Below are positions 54,409 to 63,825 of a DNA stretch of 64,000 nucleotides, piece by piece. The stretch covers positions 1 through 64,000 of IMG/VR virus record IMGVR_UViG_3300048008_000449. One strand, given 5' to 3'. Position 1 is the first letter of the stretch. The number at the start of each line of letters is the position of its first letter. A model generated the notes under the pieces. It was not told where the DNA came from. It saw nothing but the letters and a program-made list of their open reading frames with translations, and did no database searches. The position numbers and the translations under genes are program-made.

Positions 54409-55709
54409 TCAGGGCTAATCCAATATTTTTCTAATTGTGGTATGTATTTAAGTATACTTGTTTTTCTGTGTTTGTCAAGTAATTCTGTTGTCTTACAGAA
54501 GAATTTCCAATTGTCTTTATCTTCTTCTGTGTAAGGTTTTTTAAGTAAATGTACTACTCCTCTCAGAACATGGTCTTTTGCATCATCCCATCTAGTGAAA
54601 CATTGTTCTTCAATCCAACTTGCTAGCCATAATCTATATTCTATATCTGGGTGTACTTGTAAACAAAGATAAATTGGAGCAACAAGAGCGGCATTAAAAC
54701 CAGTAAGATCATTTAACTTACTTTTCCCATGATGTTCGTGTTCCCATAACCATTCAATATAAGGTTTGATATTATACATATTAAGTAACTGTGGAGTGTA
54801 AGAAAGACCCATATGGAATATTTTACTACAGTCAAGTATTCTTTGTTGAATCATTTCACCTTTGTATTTTCCAATAGTTCCAACTGCTGGTCTTATATAT
54901 TCATATACATCACCAATAGCATCTAAACTTACTACAAGTCTAGTATTAAGTTTTTTTAATTTTTCAGTTTTTTCTTCATCAAGCAAAGTTAAGTTTGTTA
55001 CAATTTTTAAATCACCTTCGTAACCATGTTCAACTAACTTATCTACCATATGCCAAAACTCTGGTTGAAAAAACGGTTCACCACCACTACATTCAATTAG
55101 TTTACATTCAAGAAATGTTTCTAGATTCTCGTCAACAACACGAGCTGGAACTACGTATTGTTTTTGTTCCATTCTTGTTCCTGCTACTGCTCTATCAACT
55201 TCTTGTATACTATCCATATTTTTTAACAAATAGTTAACATCTTTGTACCAACCTGTGCTACGTTTTGGACTACACATAGTACATCTAAGATTACATGCAT
55301 TACTAAAATCTATTGAAAATTTATTAATACCTTCGTAATGTCTTGGCTTTCTAGGGTCATTCCATTCATGCTGTGAGCCAAATCTATGACTCCATCCTGA
55401 TTTGTTTTCTGATTTTTGACAACGTCCACATCCGTCAGGCCATACGTTTTCTTTTGTATTAGCCCTTACTTCTGCTGACTGTGAATTAAAAAAGAAATCT
55501 CTTGCGTTAATATCTTTTATATTTCCAAATAAACCTTTTCTATATTGACAACAGAATCCGTAATCACCAAAGTTATCAACATGTACTTCGTTATGAGGAG
55601 CAACACAATAAGTATTATTAAGGTCAGCTTTCCAATGAACCAAAGAATCATCTGGTACATTCTCATAAGGCATTATCATTCTATTTCTTGGCTTATTATC
55701 TTTTTTCAA
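54405..55709 (-). CDS. Radical SAM protein with N-terminal SPASM/Twitch-like domain, outside the main cluster
   Basis: YCVAPHNE..FCC..CGRC; CNLRCTMC; SGGEPF; VTN; SLD..YEYIR. Confidence 0.92.
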   Translation of the reverse strand: MKKDNKPRNRMIMPYENVPDDSLVHWKADLNNTYCVAPHNEVHVDNFGDYGFCCQYRKGLFGNIKDINARDFFFNSQSAEVRANTKENVWPDGCGRCQKSENKSGWSHRFGSQHEWNDPRKPRHYEGINKFSIDFSNACNLRCTMCSPKRSTGWYKDVNYLLKNMDSIQEVDRAVAGTRMEQKQYVVPARVVDENLETFLECKLIECSGGEPFFQPEFWHMVDKLVEHGYEGDLKIVTNLTLLDEEKTEKLKKLNTRLVVSLDAIGDVYEYIRPAVGTIGKYKGEMIQQRILDCSKIFHMGLSYTPQLLNMYNIKPYIEWLWEHEHHGKSKLNDLTGFNAALVAPIYLCLQVHPDIEYRLWLASWIEEQCFTRWDDAKDHVLRGVVHLLKKPYTEEDKDNWKFFCKTTELLDKHRKTSILKYIPQLEKYWISPE

Positions 55710-56808
55710 AAACGTATACTCCTTCGAATTTTTCCCTACCAGCTAGTTTATCGTTACCTACACCTGGTCTAGTATTCAACATCATTTTAATTGTGCCCGT
55801 ATGCTTGAACCCAACTTTTTCAGCTGTTTCAATCCATCTTTCCACAATATGGTATTCCTTGTTTCCGTACGATTTGTAGTCTGCGATGTTCGATGCAAAC
55901 GTACCATCTGATCGTAATCCTCTTCTGATATTCTGCATAGTAGGTTCCACATACCCTTCAAACCATTCATCAAGTGTTGTGTACTTAACCATGCATTGTG
56001 TTTCTTCGTCACTGTACTTCTCCAAGTTAAAGTACGGTGGGCTACTAAACGCTAAATCAATATCTTCACACTGATAATCTTCAGAACCAGAACATATAAA
56101 TTCTCCGTCAGCACCTAATAGTTCATTTAAATAATTTAAATACTTGATTGTTTCAGTATTAGGATCCGTACCTATGTATTTATAGTTTAAATTACTACTA
56201 CTAATACCCAAGAGACGACCGCCATAACCACAAGAGTAATCATAAATGCGGCCCCACAAAACCGGACATAAGCGTTCTGCCAACGCTCGGGCGTGTTGAG
56301 GTTTAAAGTTCTGCACGTTTTCTCCCGTAACAAGTTCCAATGAACGGCGTAATGCAGTAGGATATACAAGGCGATTCCCATCCCTAAACTCAAAGCATAT
56401 TCTGATAGCCCTGCGTAATTTAGCATCATCGTAAAATCTATCCTTTAATGAATTTGATCCTCTACCTTTTGGTTCGGCTGTTTGCATATTGGTAAAGATG
56501 AATCTGTTAATAGTTTGGCCTGCGTTGTTTCCGAGTCCAATTCGTTCAGCCTGCACACCGTTATATGACTTGGAACGAAACCCTCTGATTTCTTCTCTGA
56601 GACCTTTTTCGGTGTAATATATAATAGGGACGATACCACGATTACGGTAGAGATTAAAAACAGTATCGATAGTTCTTTCAGGATTTGCTTCATATGTCTC
56701 TTTCGTATGTTTATCAAATTCTGGGTACAGGTCTTCATATCCTGTAAACACATCAGCGAAGATGTGCTCTGGTTTAATACCCCAGAATTGATAAATTGTT
56801 TCTAACAC
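55696..56808 (-). CDS. DNA methyltransferase (N6-adenine / N4-cytosine type)
   Basis: YDYSCGYGGRLLG (motif I) and FSSPPYF (motif IV). Confidence 0.85.
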   Translation of the reverse strand: MLETIYQFWGIKPEHIFADVFTGYEDLYPEFDKHTKETYEANPERTIDTVFNLYRNRGIVPIIYYTEKGLREEIRGFRSKSYNGVQAERIGLGNNAGQTINRFIFTNMQTAEPKGRGSNSLKDRFYDDAKLRRAIRICFEFRDGNRLVYPTALRRSLELVTGENVQNFKPQHARALAERLCPVLWGRIYDYSCGYGGRLLGISSSNLNYKYIGTDPNTETIKYLNYLNELLGADGEFICSGSEDYQCEDIDLAFSSPPYFNLEKYSDEETQCMVKYTTLDEWFEGYVEPTMQNIRRGLRSDGTFASNIADYKSYGNKEYHIVERWIETAEKVGFKHTGTIKMMLNTRPGVGNDKLAGREKFEGVYVFEKR

Positions 56809-57065
56809 TAATCAGCTCTGCCAACGCTCTCAAGTATTGTTTCGAGAGTATCAAAATCATCTCTATGTTTATGAAACTCTGCCTTGTGTGCAATTTTAAT
56901 TGCCTTGTTTAGTACTGCTGGCTTAATGCCCATTTCTTCTGCAATATGCTTAACCGTATCTTTTAGACCTTCGTTAAGTGTTTCTACTTCAGTCATAACT
57001 TGTACGCCTTCTTGCATAAGGTTTTTTAGTTTAGCAACGTCTTCCGTTCCAAATGTAATGCTCAT
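56808..57065 (-). CDS. Small dsDNA-binding protein, phage DsbA / GapR (DUF2312)-like
   Basis: Helical ..E...L.E..K......AE..GI....LNK.I..A.K pattern. Confidence 0.6.
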   Translation of the reverse strand: MSITFGTEDVAKLKNLMQEGVQVMTEVETLNEGLKDTVKHIAEEMGIKPAVLNKAIKIAHKAEFHKHRDDFDTLETILESVGRAD

Positions 57066-57095
57066 AGATTATCTCCTATTTTTGTAATTGTATAT

Positions 57096-57124
57096 ATAAT
57101 ACACTCTTATGTTGGAGTTGTCAA
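57096..57124 (-). promoter_or_regulatory. sigma70 promoter TTGACA-17-TATTAT upstream of dsbA-like/MTase/rSAM/polymerase
   Basis: -35 at 57119-57124, -10 at 57096-57101. Confidence 0.7.
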
Positions 57125-57961
57125 TTGATATCTGAGTGTATTTGAGGCTCGTTCAACTATCACATCTATATTAGAAGCATGATGTCTTACTGCATCTAAT
57201 CCTGCTAGTGCTAGTAACTTTTTGCTTTGTAATGTAGGCATTTGATGTTGATTGTATTGAAATAAGTAACTTATTGCTTTTAGTTTATTGTTAACATCGT
57301 TTACTTTAATATTCCACTCTTTATAACTATTACGTTGCAAGTATTCTTTTACCCATTGTTTTAAATTTTTATTATGAAATATTTTTAAAGCATTAAATGT
57401 ATCTGCTGGATCACCTAGCCAATCATGCATCTCTAATACTACATCAGCATGTTCTGCCCACATTTCATCTTGGTTGATATATTGATTATAAAGATATTTC
57501 CAAGTACTGTCAATACTAGTAAATGCATTCATTTCATCACTGTATTCACGTTTTAAAAATAAGTCTAAATACAAGTAACTATTAGTACCCATTGTTGTTG
57601 TTATTACAGTTATAGGAAGATTATGTTTATTTTTATATTCTATAATCTCTTTTGTATTTTTAGCATGTGTAAATAGTGCTACACTTTTTCCTGTTCCTAA
57701 AGACTCCCATACTCTACATAATGTACTTAATGAACTTACATCCATTTGTTCATTATTTCTAATGTCAGGAGTATATGTTTCTACATATGTATCGGGAATG
57801 TTCCACCAGTCATTTATTGTTAATGCATCATTAAAATTTGTACCTTTTTCAGTATGGTACACATTATTATGAACTACATTATAACATGCTGGGCTTTGAT
57901 TAATTATGTAAGTTAAGGCACTCGCACAAATTGCACTACGAGTACAGACAAGGTATATCAT
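57107..57961 (-). CDS. Hypothetical protein, possibly sulfotransferase-like fold
   Basis: IYLVCTRSAICASAL N-terminus and ..DWL.DP..T pattern; weak. Confidence 0.4.
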   Translation of the reverse strand: MIYLVCTRSAICASALTYIINQSPACYNVVHNNVYHTEKGTNFNDALTINDWWNIPDTYVETYTPDIRNNEQMDVSSLSTLCRVWESLGTGKSVALFTHAKNTKEIIEYKNKHNLPITVITTTMGTNSYLYLDLFLKREYSDEMNAFTSIDSTWKYLYNQYINQDEMWAEHADVVLEMHDWLGDPADTFNALKIFHNKNLKQWVKEYLQRNSYKEWNIKVNDVNNKLKAISYLFQYNQHQMPTLQSKKLLALAGLDAVRHHASNIDVIVERASNTLRYQLTTPT

Positions 57962-57976
57962 ATTGTTTATCTTCTT

Positions 57977-58258
57977 TTAACGTTTGCCTTCAAGGAACTT
58001 AATACGTTTTTCTAAATCTTCAATCTTTTTTGTAAGTTTTGGATTGGCTGCTTTCCATGCATCTGGATTATGTTTGAACCATGTCCAACCCCATCGGTTG
58101 ATTAGGAAGTCTAATGTTGCTTCCCATTTGTTAATTGCCCAAAAAGCTATGTATGTATCTTTAATCCAGTATACAAATAATGCACCAAATATGCTACCAA
58201 CTATAGCTGTGTAAATCCACAACCTGTCTGTAACCATTTGTACAATTATATCCCACAT
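57977..58258 (-). CDS. Small membrane protein with C-terminal coiled coil
   Basis: N-terminal TM helix; KKIEDLEKRI tail. Confidence 0.65.
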   Translation of the reverse strand: MWDIIVQMVTDRLWIYTAIVGSIFGALFVYWIKDTYIAFWAINKWEATLDFLINRWGWTWFKHNPDAWKAANPKLTKKIEDLEKRIKFLEGKR

Positions 58259-59328
58259 TATGCGTTAGCCTTATTAAGTGTTAACTGTGCCCATTGTTCT
58301 CTACCTGCACCAGCTTGTGTTGGAATAACACTGATACTAGTTGATGCTGCGTGTCCGCCTCTTCTAAATGCAATTAAATCATTTTCGTTTTTAATCATTG
58401 CAAATTTTTGATTTGGAAAACTACATAATAGTAATGCATCAAAATCGTCTCTATTTTTGTACCATAAGAAGTTTGCTTTTAAATAAGCATCTTCAATTTC
58501 AATTGGATTATCTGTTTTAGCAAATGCTTGTATAATTGGATCTGCAAAACCTTCTAAGTCCATCTTTAGTAGTTCTGTCATAATTGCTGTTCTAAGTTTT
58601 ACACTGTCTGGTTGATTTAATGGTAAGTCTTGTGCTAGAGCTGGAATAAATTTACCTAATCCTAAACTACCACCTTTACCACCAATTGATGCTATAACTG
58701 TTGGAATTCTATCTGCGTATTTGTCAATTACTGTACGTTTAGCTTTTTGTGATCCGCCACCGTAACCAATACGTCCACCAGTGCTAGATACTGCTGATTT
58801 TAATTCAACTTTACCAATACCTTCTATTTCTAAATCACCTTCACCTGACGCTAATCTAATTTTGTTACTTAGACATGCAAGTGCATATTCACCTGGTCCT
58901 TTTTGCTTCTTACCTGTTCCATAATTTTTAAGTTCATGAAAAACTTTAATAGCGGCTGGGTGTGTGAATATTGCTGAGAACGAAACTAATGGTGAATTAA
59001 GTTTTGATACATCAACTACTCCACCTTTTTCTAATTGAGAAATCATCTCATTCATTGATTTAAAATCACTATCAGCTGATGCAATAATTTTAGTTAAGTC
59101 TTGCATAACTAAAGTTTTTTCTTTATCACTTAATGGTTCATCTGCTAATGGTGCTGCAAAACCTGCTTGAATATTATCTCCAATTTGACCACTATTTAAT
59201 AGTTTATAAATTCTATCTAATAATTTAGCGTCCTCGTCATTATCTGCTCTAAGGCCGGATATTCTAGATACAATAATTTCTTTTTCTTTATCTAAATCAT
59301 CATATTCAAATAAGTTTCTAAGTCTCAT
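58258..59328 (-). CDS. Late protein with head-protein-like leader and putative PD-(D/E)xK nuclease domain
   Basis: MRLRNLFE N-terminus; GPGEYAL..GDLEIEGIGKVELKS (E..GD..ELK). Confidence 0.5.
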   Translation of the reverse strand: MRLRNLFEYDDLDKEKEIIVSRISGLRADNDEDAKLLDRIYKLLNSGQIGDNIQAGFAAPLADEPLSDKEKTLVMQDLTKIIASADSDFKSMNEMISQLEKGGVVDVSKLNSPLVSFSAIFTHPAAIKVFHELKNYGTGKKQKGPGEYALACLSNKIRLASGEGDLEIEGIGKVELKSAVSSTGGRIGYGGGSQKAKRTVIDKYADRIPTVIASIGGKGGSLGLGKFIPALAQDLPLNQPDSVKLRTAIMTELLKMDLEGFADPIIQAFAKTDNPIEIEDAYLKANFLWYKNRDDFDALLLCSFPNQKFAMIKNENDLIAFRRGGHAASTSISVIPTQAGAGREQWAQLTLNKANA

Positions 59329-59352
59329 AATAAATTCCTCTTTTATATACTA

Positions 59353-59997
59353 CTATTTATAATAAAACCCAATTTGTCCGCTATCTAAATTTCCGTTAGC
59401 GTCATCTTCGCATTTCTTAAAAATGTAGCCCATATGCTCATATTCCATGAACATTTGTTGATCTTCGTGTGCCCATATAGGTATTACTTCTACTGCCCAT
59501 TTAGGATAACCTATATTATGCCTTAAATGAACTTCTATAATTTTACCACCTTTAAAATCAATGTTAATGTGTTTAGCTGAACTTAGTCCATCAACCCAAC
59601 TTGGTAAATCATAGTCAGGAAAGGGTTCTACCTTTTCCCATTTGTTAAACGCTGAAAGACTTCTCGAATGATGTATGCCTCTCATTGCTTGCTGTGGATA
59701 TATTTCTCCTTTACGGAATGTATAGTCCACACTAACTAAATCGCCTTCAAAATATTCACACCAAAAATGTCCTGGTGTATTAATAGTCTGACCTTTTTCA
59801 AGTTCTACTATTTTTGCTGAAACTCCCATATTACTTAAATTCATAATAGGTCTTTCAACATACATTCCTGTACTTGGTACAGGAACAGTGTCAGGCCCAC
59901 AACTATAACCTAGCTTTTGACTTAATTCTAGTTTATTGTAGACCCACCTTAAGGCAGGATATGCCTGCCAACTATCTGCGTTTTTTGGTTCGCTCAT
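59353..59997 (-). CDS. ATP-grasp-like protein
   Basis: VYNKL.LS..LGY.CGP, RP..NL..MG, CEYFEG...SVDY, INI.F.GGKIIEVHLR.N. Confidence 0.55.
   Translation of the reverse strand: MSEPKNADSWQAYPALRWVYNKLELSQKLGYSCGPDTVPVPSTGMYVERPIMNLSNMGVSAKIVELEKGQTINTPGHFWCEYFEGDLVSVDYTFRKGEIYPQQAMRGIHHSRSLSAFNKWEKVEPFPDYDLPSWVDGLSSAKHINIDFKGGKIIEVHLRHNIGYPKWAVEVIPIWAHEDQQMFMEYEHMGYIFKKCEDDANGNLDSGQIGFYYK
59354..59361 (-). promoter_or_regulatory. Full T4 late consensus TATAAATA
   Basis: TATTTATA on +, upstream of GAGG RBS and ATG 59328. Confidence 0.6.
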
Positions 59998-60178
59998 TTT
60001 TTATTCCAGTGCAATTACTACACCTGCAACTATCACATACTTTTATCATACGTAATTCGCCGCCATCACAAGCATAGTCTTTAACCTGTTCCCAACGTGA
60101 AGTTCCACAATGTGTTGGATGACCGCAGTTTTGGCAAGAGCCGTTTGTATGTTCTGCTATCTTCCTTGTGAATTCCAT
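59972..60178 (-). CDS. Small Cys-rich zinc-binding protein
   Basis: CQNCGHPTHCG and CDSCRCSNC. Confidence 0.65.
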   Translation of the reverse strand: MEFTRKIAEHTNGSCQNCGHPTHCGTSRWEQVKDYACDGGELRMIKVCDSCRCSNCTGIKNERTKKRR

Positions 60179-60271
60179 TGGTTTACAGTTTCGCCATCTT
60201 CAACTGATGTTGTGTGTTTGCTTCTAGAAATGTTTCGATAAGTTTTTTAGTCATTCACTAATTTCTTTCGT

Positions 60272-60520
60272 CTATTTAATAGATTTCCAAAGTTGATTAA
60301 CTAGTTTATCTTTAGTTAATCTTCTGTCAAGCTCAATACCATATACTCTGCCAACTTCTTCAAGTTTAGCTTTAGTCATGCTTGATAGTTCTTTTTTGTT
60401 TTTAAAAGACGGTTTTACTACTAGTGGTTTTGTTTCTGTTTTCTTTTTAACTTCTTTAACTTCATCAGTTAGTACTAATGGCTTTTCAGAAGAAAAAATA
60501 TTCTTTATCCATTTAAACAT
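60272..60520 (-). CDS. Small basic protein with Rho-N/HeH-like C-terminal motif
   Basis: MTKAKLEEVGRVYGIELDRRLTKDKLV; start set at 60520. Confidence 0.6.
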   Translation of the reverse strand: MFKWIKNIFSSEKPLVLTDEVKEVKKKTETKPLVVKPSFKNKKELSSMTKAKLEEVGRVYGIELDRRLTKDKLVNQLWKSIK

Positions 60521-60534
60521 AGTATTTCCTTTTA

Positions 60535-62154
60535 TTATTTGCGTTTTTGAATCCAATCAGTTATACGTAATCGTCTTTCTGACTTAGCGGATTCGTCTTG
60601 TTGTTGAGTCATGAATTTAATAACGGCAGCTTTAGCTCCATCTGGTACATTGTTATGGTAATCTTCAGAATCCATATCATATACACTAATGTCTTTATCA
60701 CTAAATGGGCTTCCGCCTTGGTGTTCATGTCCTACATGTATCTCATTAGATTTCTTAGATTTAATTCCGCTTCCATCTGTGTCAGCATAATCTAATCTAC
60801 TATCTAAACCTAATACATCAACTTCTTTTGGATCTGCTTTTACTACATTTTTAAAAGATGTTAAATCAGCTCTTTTATGCCCACCACCGGTAACAGTACC
60901 AGTATTACGATAATCTACTTTAAAGTATTCACCGTTTGGGGCTCTAATGTAGTCTGTGTTTGGTGCATACAGATCTAATTCATTAATTTGTTTTTCATTT
61001 TCTGTCGCAGCTCTAAAAATCTTTTCTTTTAATTTTCCTGCATGCTTAGATGCATATATTGCTTTTGGTGTTTTTTTTGATTTTGGTCTGCTTGGTGGTG
61101 TTGATGTTGGTGGATCCATCATTGGTTTTGGTGATGTTGTAGGTGGTGGTGCTGGGTCTGGTTCACTCGGTTGTGATGGTGATTTTGGTGATGGTGTTGG
61201 ATCCATAAATTTAGGCATCTTACGTTTTAGATGACGACTTGGTTCGCTAGGTTGATTTGGTTTGTTATTTTCAACAAATACTTGTACCATATCATCGCCA
61301 TTACGTAGTCCGCCTTTTTTAACTTTTACGTTTTCTTTGCCGTATTTCTTTTCAGCTTCTTCTGGAGACATACTAGTTTGTTTCCAACGCTTTTCTGCTT
61401 CTCTAACTGCACTACGCAAACCTGATTCGTATTGTACACTTTCGTATTCACCTGGCATAGCCATGTCTTTTGATCCTGCCCATTTTGCTAAACGTGCCGC
61501 TAACTGTGCTGCTTCTTCTCTAGAAAGTTGAACATAACCTTCAGAGCCAGTAAGTTGTATTGCTATTCCGTCTTTACTTGCGAATTGCTTTACACTAACG
61601 TCTCCGATGTTACCCATTTCAGTACCTTCATCTAATTCTGCACCTTCATCTAATTCTGCACGTTTTAAAAAGTCTTGAATTACATCTGCATGTAAACTTG
61701 TTAATAGTTCATGCATTACTTTTTCATAACCATGCTTTTCAATCATATCATATACAGGTTGTGTATAATACCCACCTGCTTCGTTGGTTTGACGTTTTTC
61801 AGATGCACAATCATCACATGTAGTAATGTCGCCATCTGTTTCGGATGCAATCCATTCACAGTCCGCACATCCTTCTGTACCTTCATTTGCTTTTTCTGCT
61901 TTTGATGCATGTACTGCTTTACGCTGTGCATCTGATTTATATTTGCCTTCTAACATTGGGTAATACTTTTTAACAATAGCATTACGTGCTTCTATTTCAT
62001 CTGGGTTAATATGTCCACGTTCATAATGGTCTTTTTGAATTTGTGCCATTAATTTTTGTTCTTCGGGTGTACCGAATTCGTTTGCTAATGCAATACCGTT
62101 TTCTGTGTGGTAATTGTTATCTTCATTATCTAAGTATTGCTCTTTGCTAAACAT
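60535..62154 (-). CDS. Large modular acidic protein with Pro-rich insert; putative internal head protein
   Basis: Segments bounded by (L/N)EG/EA/ES, KSDAQRKAVHASK module, Pro-rich block; function inferred. Confidence 0.6.
   Translation of the reverse strand: MFSKEQYLDNEDNNYHTENGIALANEFGTPEEQKLMAQIQKDHYERGHINPDEIEARNAIVKKYYPMLEGKYKSDAQRKAVHASKAEKANEGTEGCADCEWIASETDGDITTCDDCASEKRQTNEAGGYYTQPVYDMIEKHGYEKVMHELLTSLHADVIQDFLKRAELDEGAELDEGTEMGNIGDVSVKQFASKDGIAIQLTGSEGYVQLSREEAAQLAARLAKWAGSKDMAMPGEYESVQYESGLRSAVREAEKRWKQTSMSPEEAEKKYGKENVKVKKGGLRNGDDMVQVFVENNKPNQPSEPSRHLKRKMPKFMDPTPSPKSPSQPSEPDPAPPPTTSPKPMMDPPTSTPPSRPKSKKTPKAIYASKHAGKLKEKIFRAATENEKQINELDLYAPNTDYIRAPNGEYFKVDYRNTGTVTGGGHKRADLTSFKNVVKADPKEVDVLGLDSRLDYADTDGSGIKSKKSNEIHVGHEHQGGSPFSDKDISVYDMDSEDYHNNVPDGAKAAVIKFMTQQQDESAKSERRLRITDWIQKRK
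61624..61659. repeat. Perfect 18-bp tandem duplication (AELDEG x2)
   Basis: ACCTTCATCTAATTCTGC repeated twice. Confidence 0.9.
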
Positions 62155-62155
62155 A

Positions 62156-63283
62156 TTATTTCACCTTCTTCTTTGCTTTGCTCAATGCATTTTTGAAAAG
62201 ATCTTTTGCTACAACTTGTAACTCATCTGTTCTCTTTTCATCAAATTCCATACCTTCGGTAATATCTGAATCTGCATGAGATTTATATTTGTATCTTGGA
62301 TCGCCTGCTTTATATCTTTGCCAAGCTGGAGTATTTAACTCTTTATCAGCCGGAGTAACTACTAACGCATCATGTTCTTCTTTTCTTTTGCTTGATGCTT
62401 TAGCAACACTTGAATCTTCTTCAACTCCATTTACGTTATCCCAAAAATCAGCTGCCGCTTCGCCGCCGCCTAATTGGTCTGCGTATTCTCTAACAAAATC
62501 TTCTTTATCCATATCTTCTGCATTATCGTGTAACATATTCTTCATTTGTCCTTCATTAACATCTTTGTCTAATGCTCTGAAGTCATCATATGTTAAAAAC
62601 ATATCACGGTCTGAATCGTAATAGCTACCTTCTTTTGGATCATAATAAACTACTTTTCCTGATTTTGTAGGAAATGGTCCTTCTAATCCATCACGCTCTT
62701 GATATTTGTCTGTATCCATTGGAGGTAAGATTGAATACCCTTCTTCCATATGTGGAGGAACTTCTGCATGTGAATGCATATGTGGTTGTATTCCTTCTGG
62801 TTCAACTTCAGCTTTCATGGCATTGTATTCAGTGTAACGACTCACTGCATCAATATCTTTACTTGCTTGTGCTATTTTACTTTGTACCCATGGTTCTAAA
62901 TCGTCTCTATCGTCAATTATTCCATGTAACTTAATAGCATCACGTGCTAAGAAATATAGTTGTGAACGAGCCATAAACCCGTCATCGTCATCTGCGTCAA
63001 GCACGCCTTCTGCTACCATACCTACTGGTGTTTTTGGTGTAATTTTTTTCTTCTTACTTAATGATTCTTCTACATCTAAATGTGCAACTGCACCGTAGAT
63101 TCCTTCTTCTAATGATTCGTATACATTACTTAGATTGGCTCTAATATCATCAAGCCAAGCTATGTCTCCACCTATTTCTGCAATAGCTTGTTCTAGTCTG
63201 CTGTCTTTTTTAAAAACTTTTTCTAGTTTATTAATCTGATCCATCGCAAGACTGAAAGTATTTTCAATTTTTTGATTATTCAT
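62156..63283 (-). CDS. Modular acidic protein; putative internal head protein
   Basis: MARSQL..LH..I.D.DDLEPWVQSKI..A and GLEGPF....GKVVYYDPKEG.YYD modules recurrent in large-phage head-region proteins (recalled). Confidence 0.6.
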   Translation of the reverse strand: MNNQKIENTFSLAMDQINKLEKVFKKDSRLEQAIAEIGGDIAWLDDIRANLSNVYESLEEGIYGAVAHLDVEESLSKKKKITPKTPVGMVAEGVLDADDDDGFMARSQLYFLARDAIKLHGIIDDRDDLEPWVQSKIAQASKDIDAVSRYTEYNAMKAEVEPEGIQPHMHSHAEVPPHMEEGYSILPPMDTDKYQERDGLEGPFPTKSGKVVYYDPKEGSYYDSDRDMFLTYDDFRALDKDVNEGQMKNMLHDNAEDMDKEDFVREYADQLGGGEAAADFWDNVNGVEEDSSVAKASSKRKEEHDALVVTPADKELNTPAWQRYKAGDPRYKYKSHADSDITEGMEFDEKRTDELQVVAKDLFKNALSKAKKKVK

Positions 63284-63288
63284 AGTCG

Positions 63289-63591
63289 TTACCTTTTTTC
63301 AATGCCACGACTGTTCTTACCGCCGCGTTTTCTGATTGTTTCTAATTCTTTATATGTATTAGTGATTGCTGTAATAAATCCTTGTACTAAACCTTTATTA
63401 AGATTATATTCTACATTATCCCAATTTCCCATTTTAGCCATCTCTGCCATTTCAGTGAACATACGTTCTACTTTTTGCTCTAAAGACTTTAAATTCATTC
63501 TACCATATCCTTGTACCAATACTTCTGGGTTATTTGGATCTTCTGGATTTTTAGAATAAATCTCTTCTTTTGCTAGCTGAGATTCTCTCAT
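63289..63591 (-). CDS. Hypothetical late protein
   Basis: 100-aa ORF; PNNPEVLVQGYGR. Confidence 0.65.
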   Translation of the reverse strand: MRESQLAKEEIYSKNPEDPNNPEVLVQGYGRMNLKSLEQKVERMFTEMAEMAKMGNWDNVEYNLNKGLVQGFITAITNTYKELETIRKRGGKNSRGIEKR

Positions 63592-63794
63592 CTTTTTATT
63601 ACCTTCACTGTTTCAGTGTAACCGACACTTTGCTTTTTATGTTTACCGTCACCTAAGTATCCTTTTGGATCAACTGCTTTTCTAGCATCTTTTTTCTTAG
63701 TTCCGGGTGTCATAGGAAACGATATGCTGGCAAAATTACCAGACATTGTATCGCCGCCATCGGCATCTTCGGTTATTATATCATATATTTTCAT
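63588..63794 (-). CDS. Small late protein with MKIYDIITE head-protein-like leader
   Basis: 68-aa ORF right after an ATAAATA motif. Confidence 0.6.
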   Translation of the reverse strand: MKIYDIITEDADGGDTMSGNFASISFPMTPGTKKKDARKAVDPKGYLGDGKHKKQSVGYTETVKVIKR

Positions 63795-63799
63795 ACAAG

Positions 63800-63806
63800 T
63801 ATTTAT
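63800..63806 (-). promoter_or_regulatory. AGATAAATA late-type promoter motif
   Basis: TATTTAT on +, just upstream of ATG 63794. Confidence 0.5.
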
Positions 63807-63825
63807 CTAATTAATATCAAAAGTC

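Noticed and set aside
60184-60255. Possible 23-aa ORF MTKKLIETFLEANTQHQLKMAKL on the minus strand
   Set aside because: Too short, with no motif, to support as a gene
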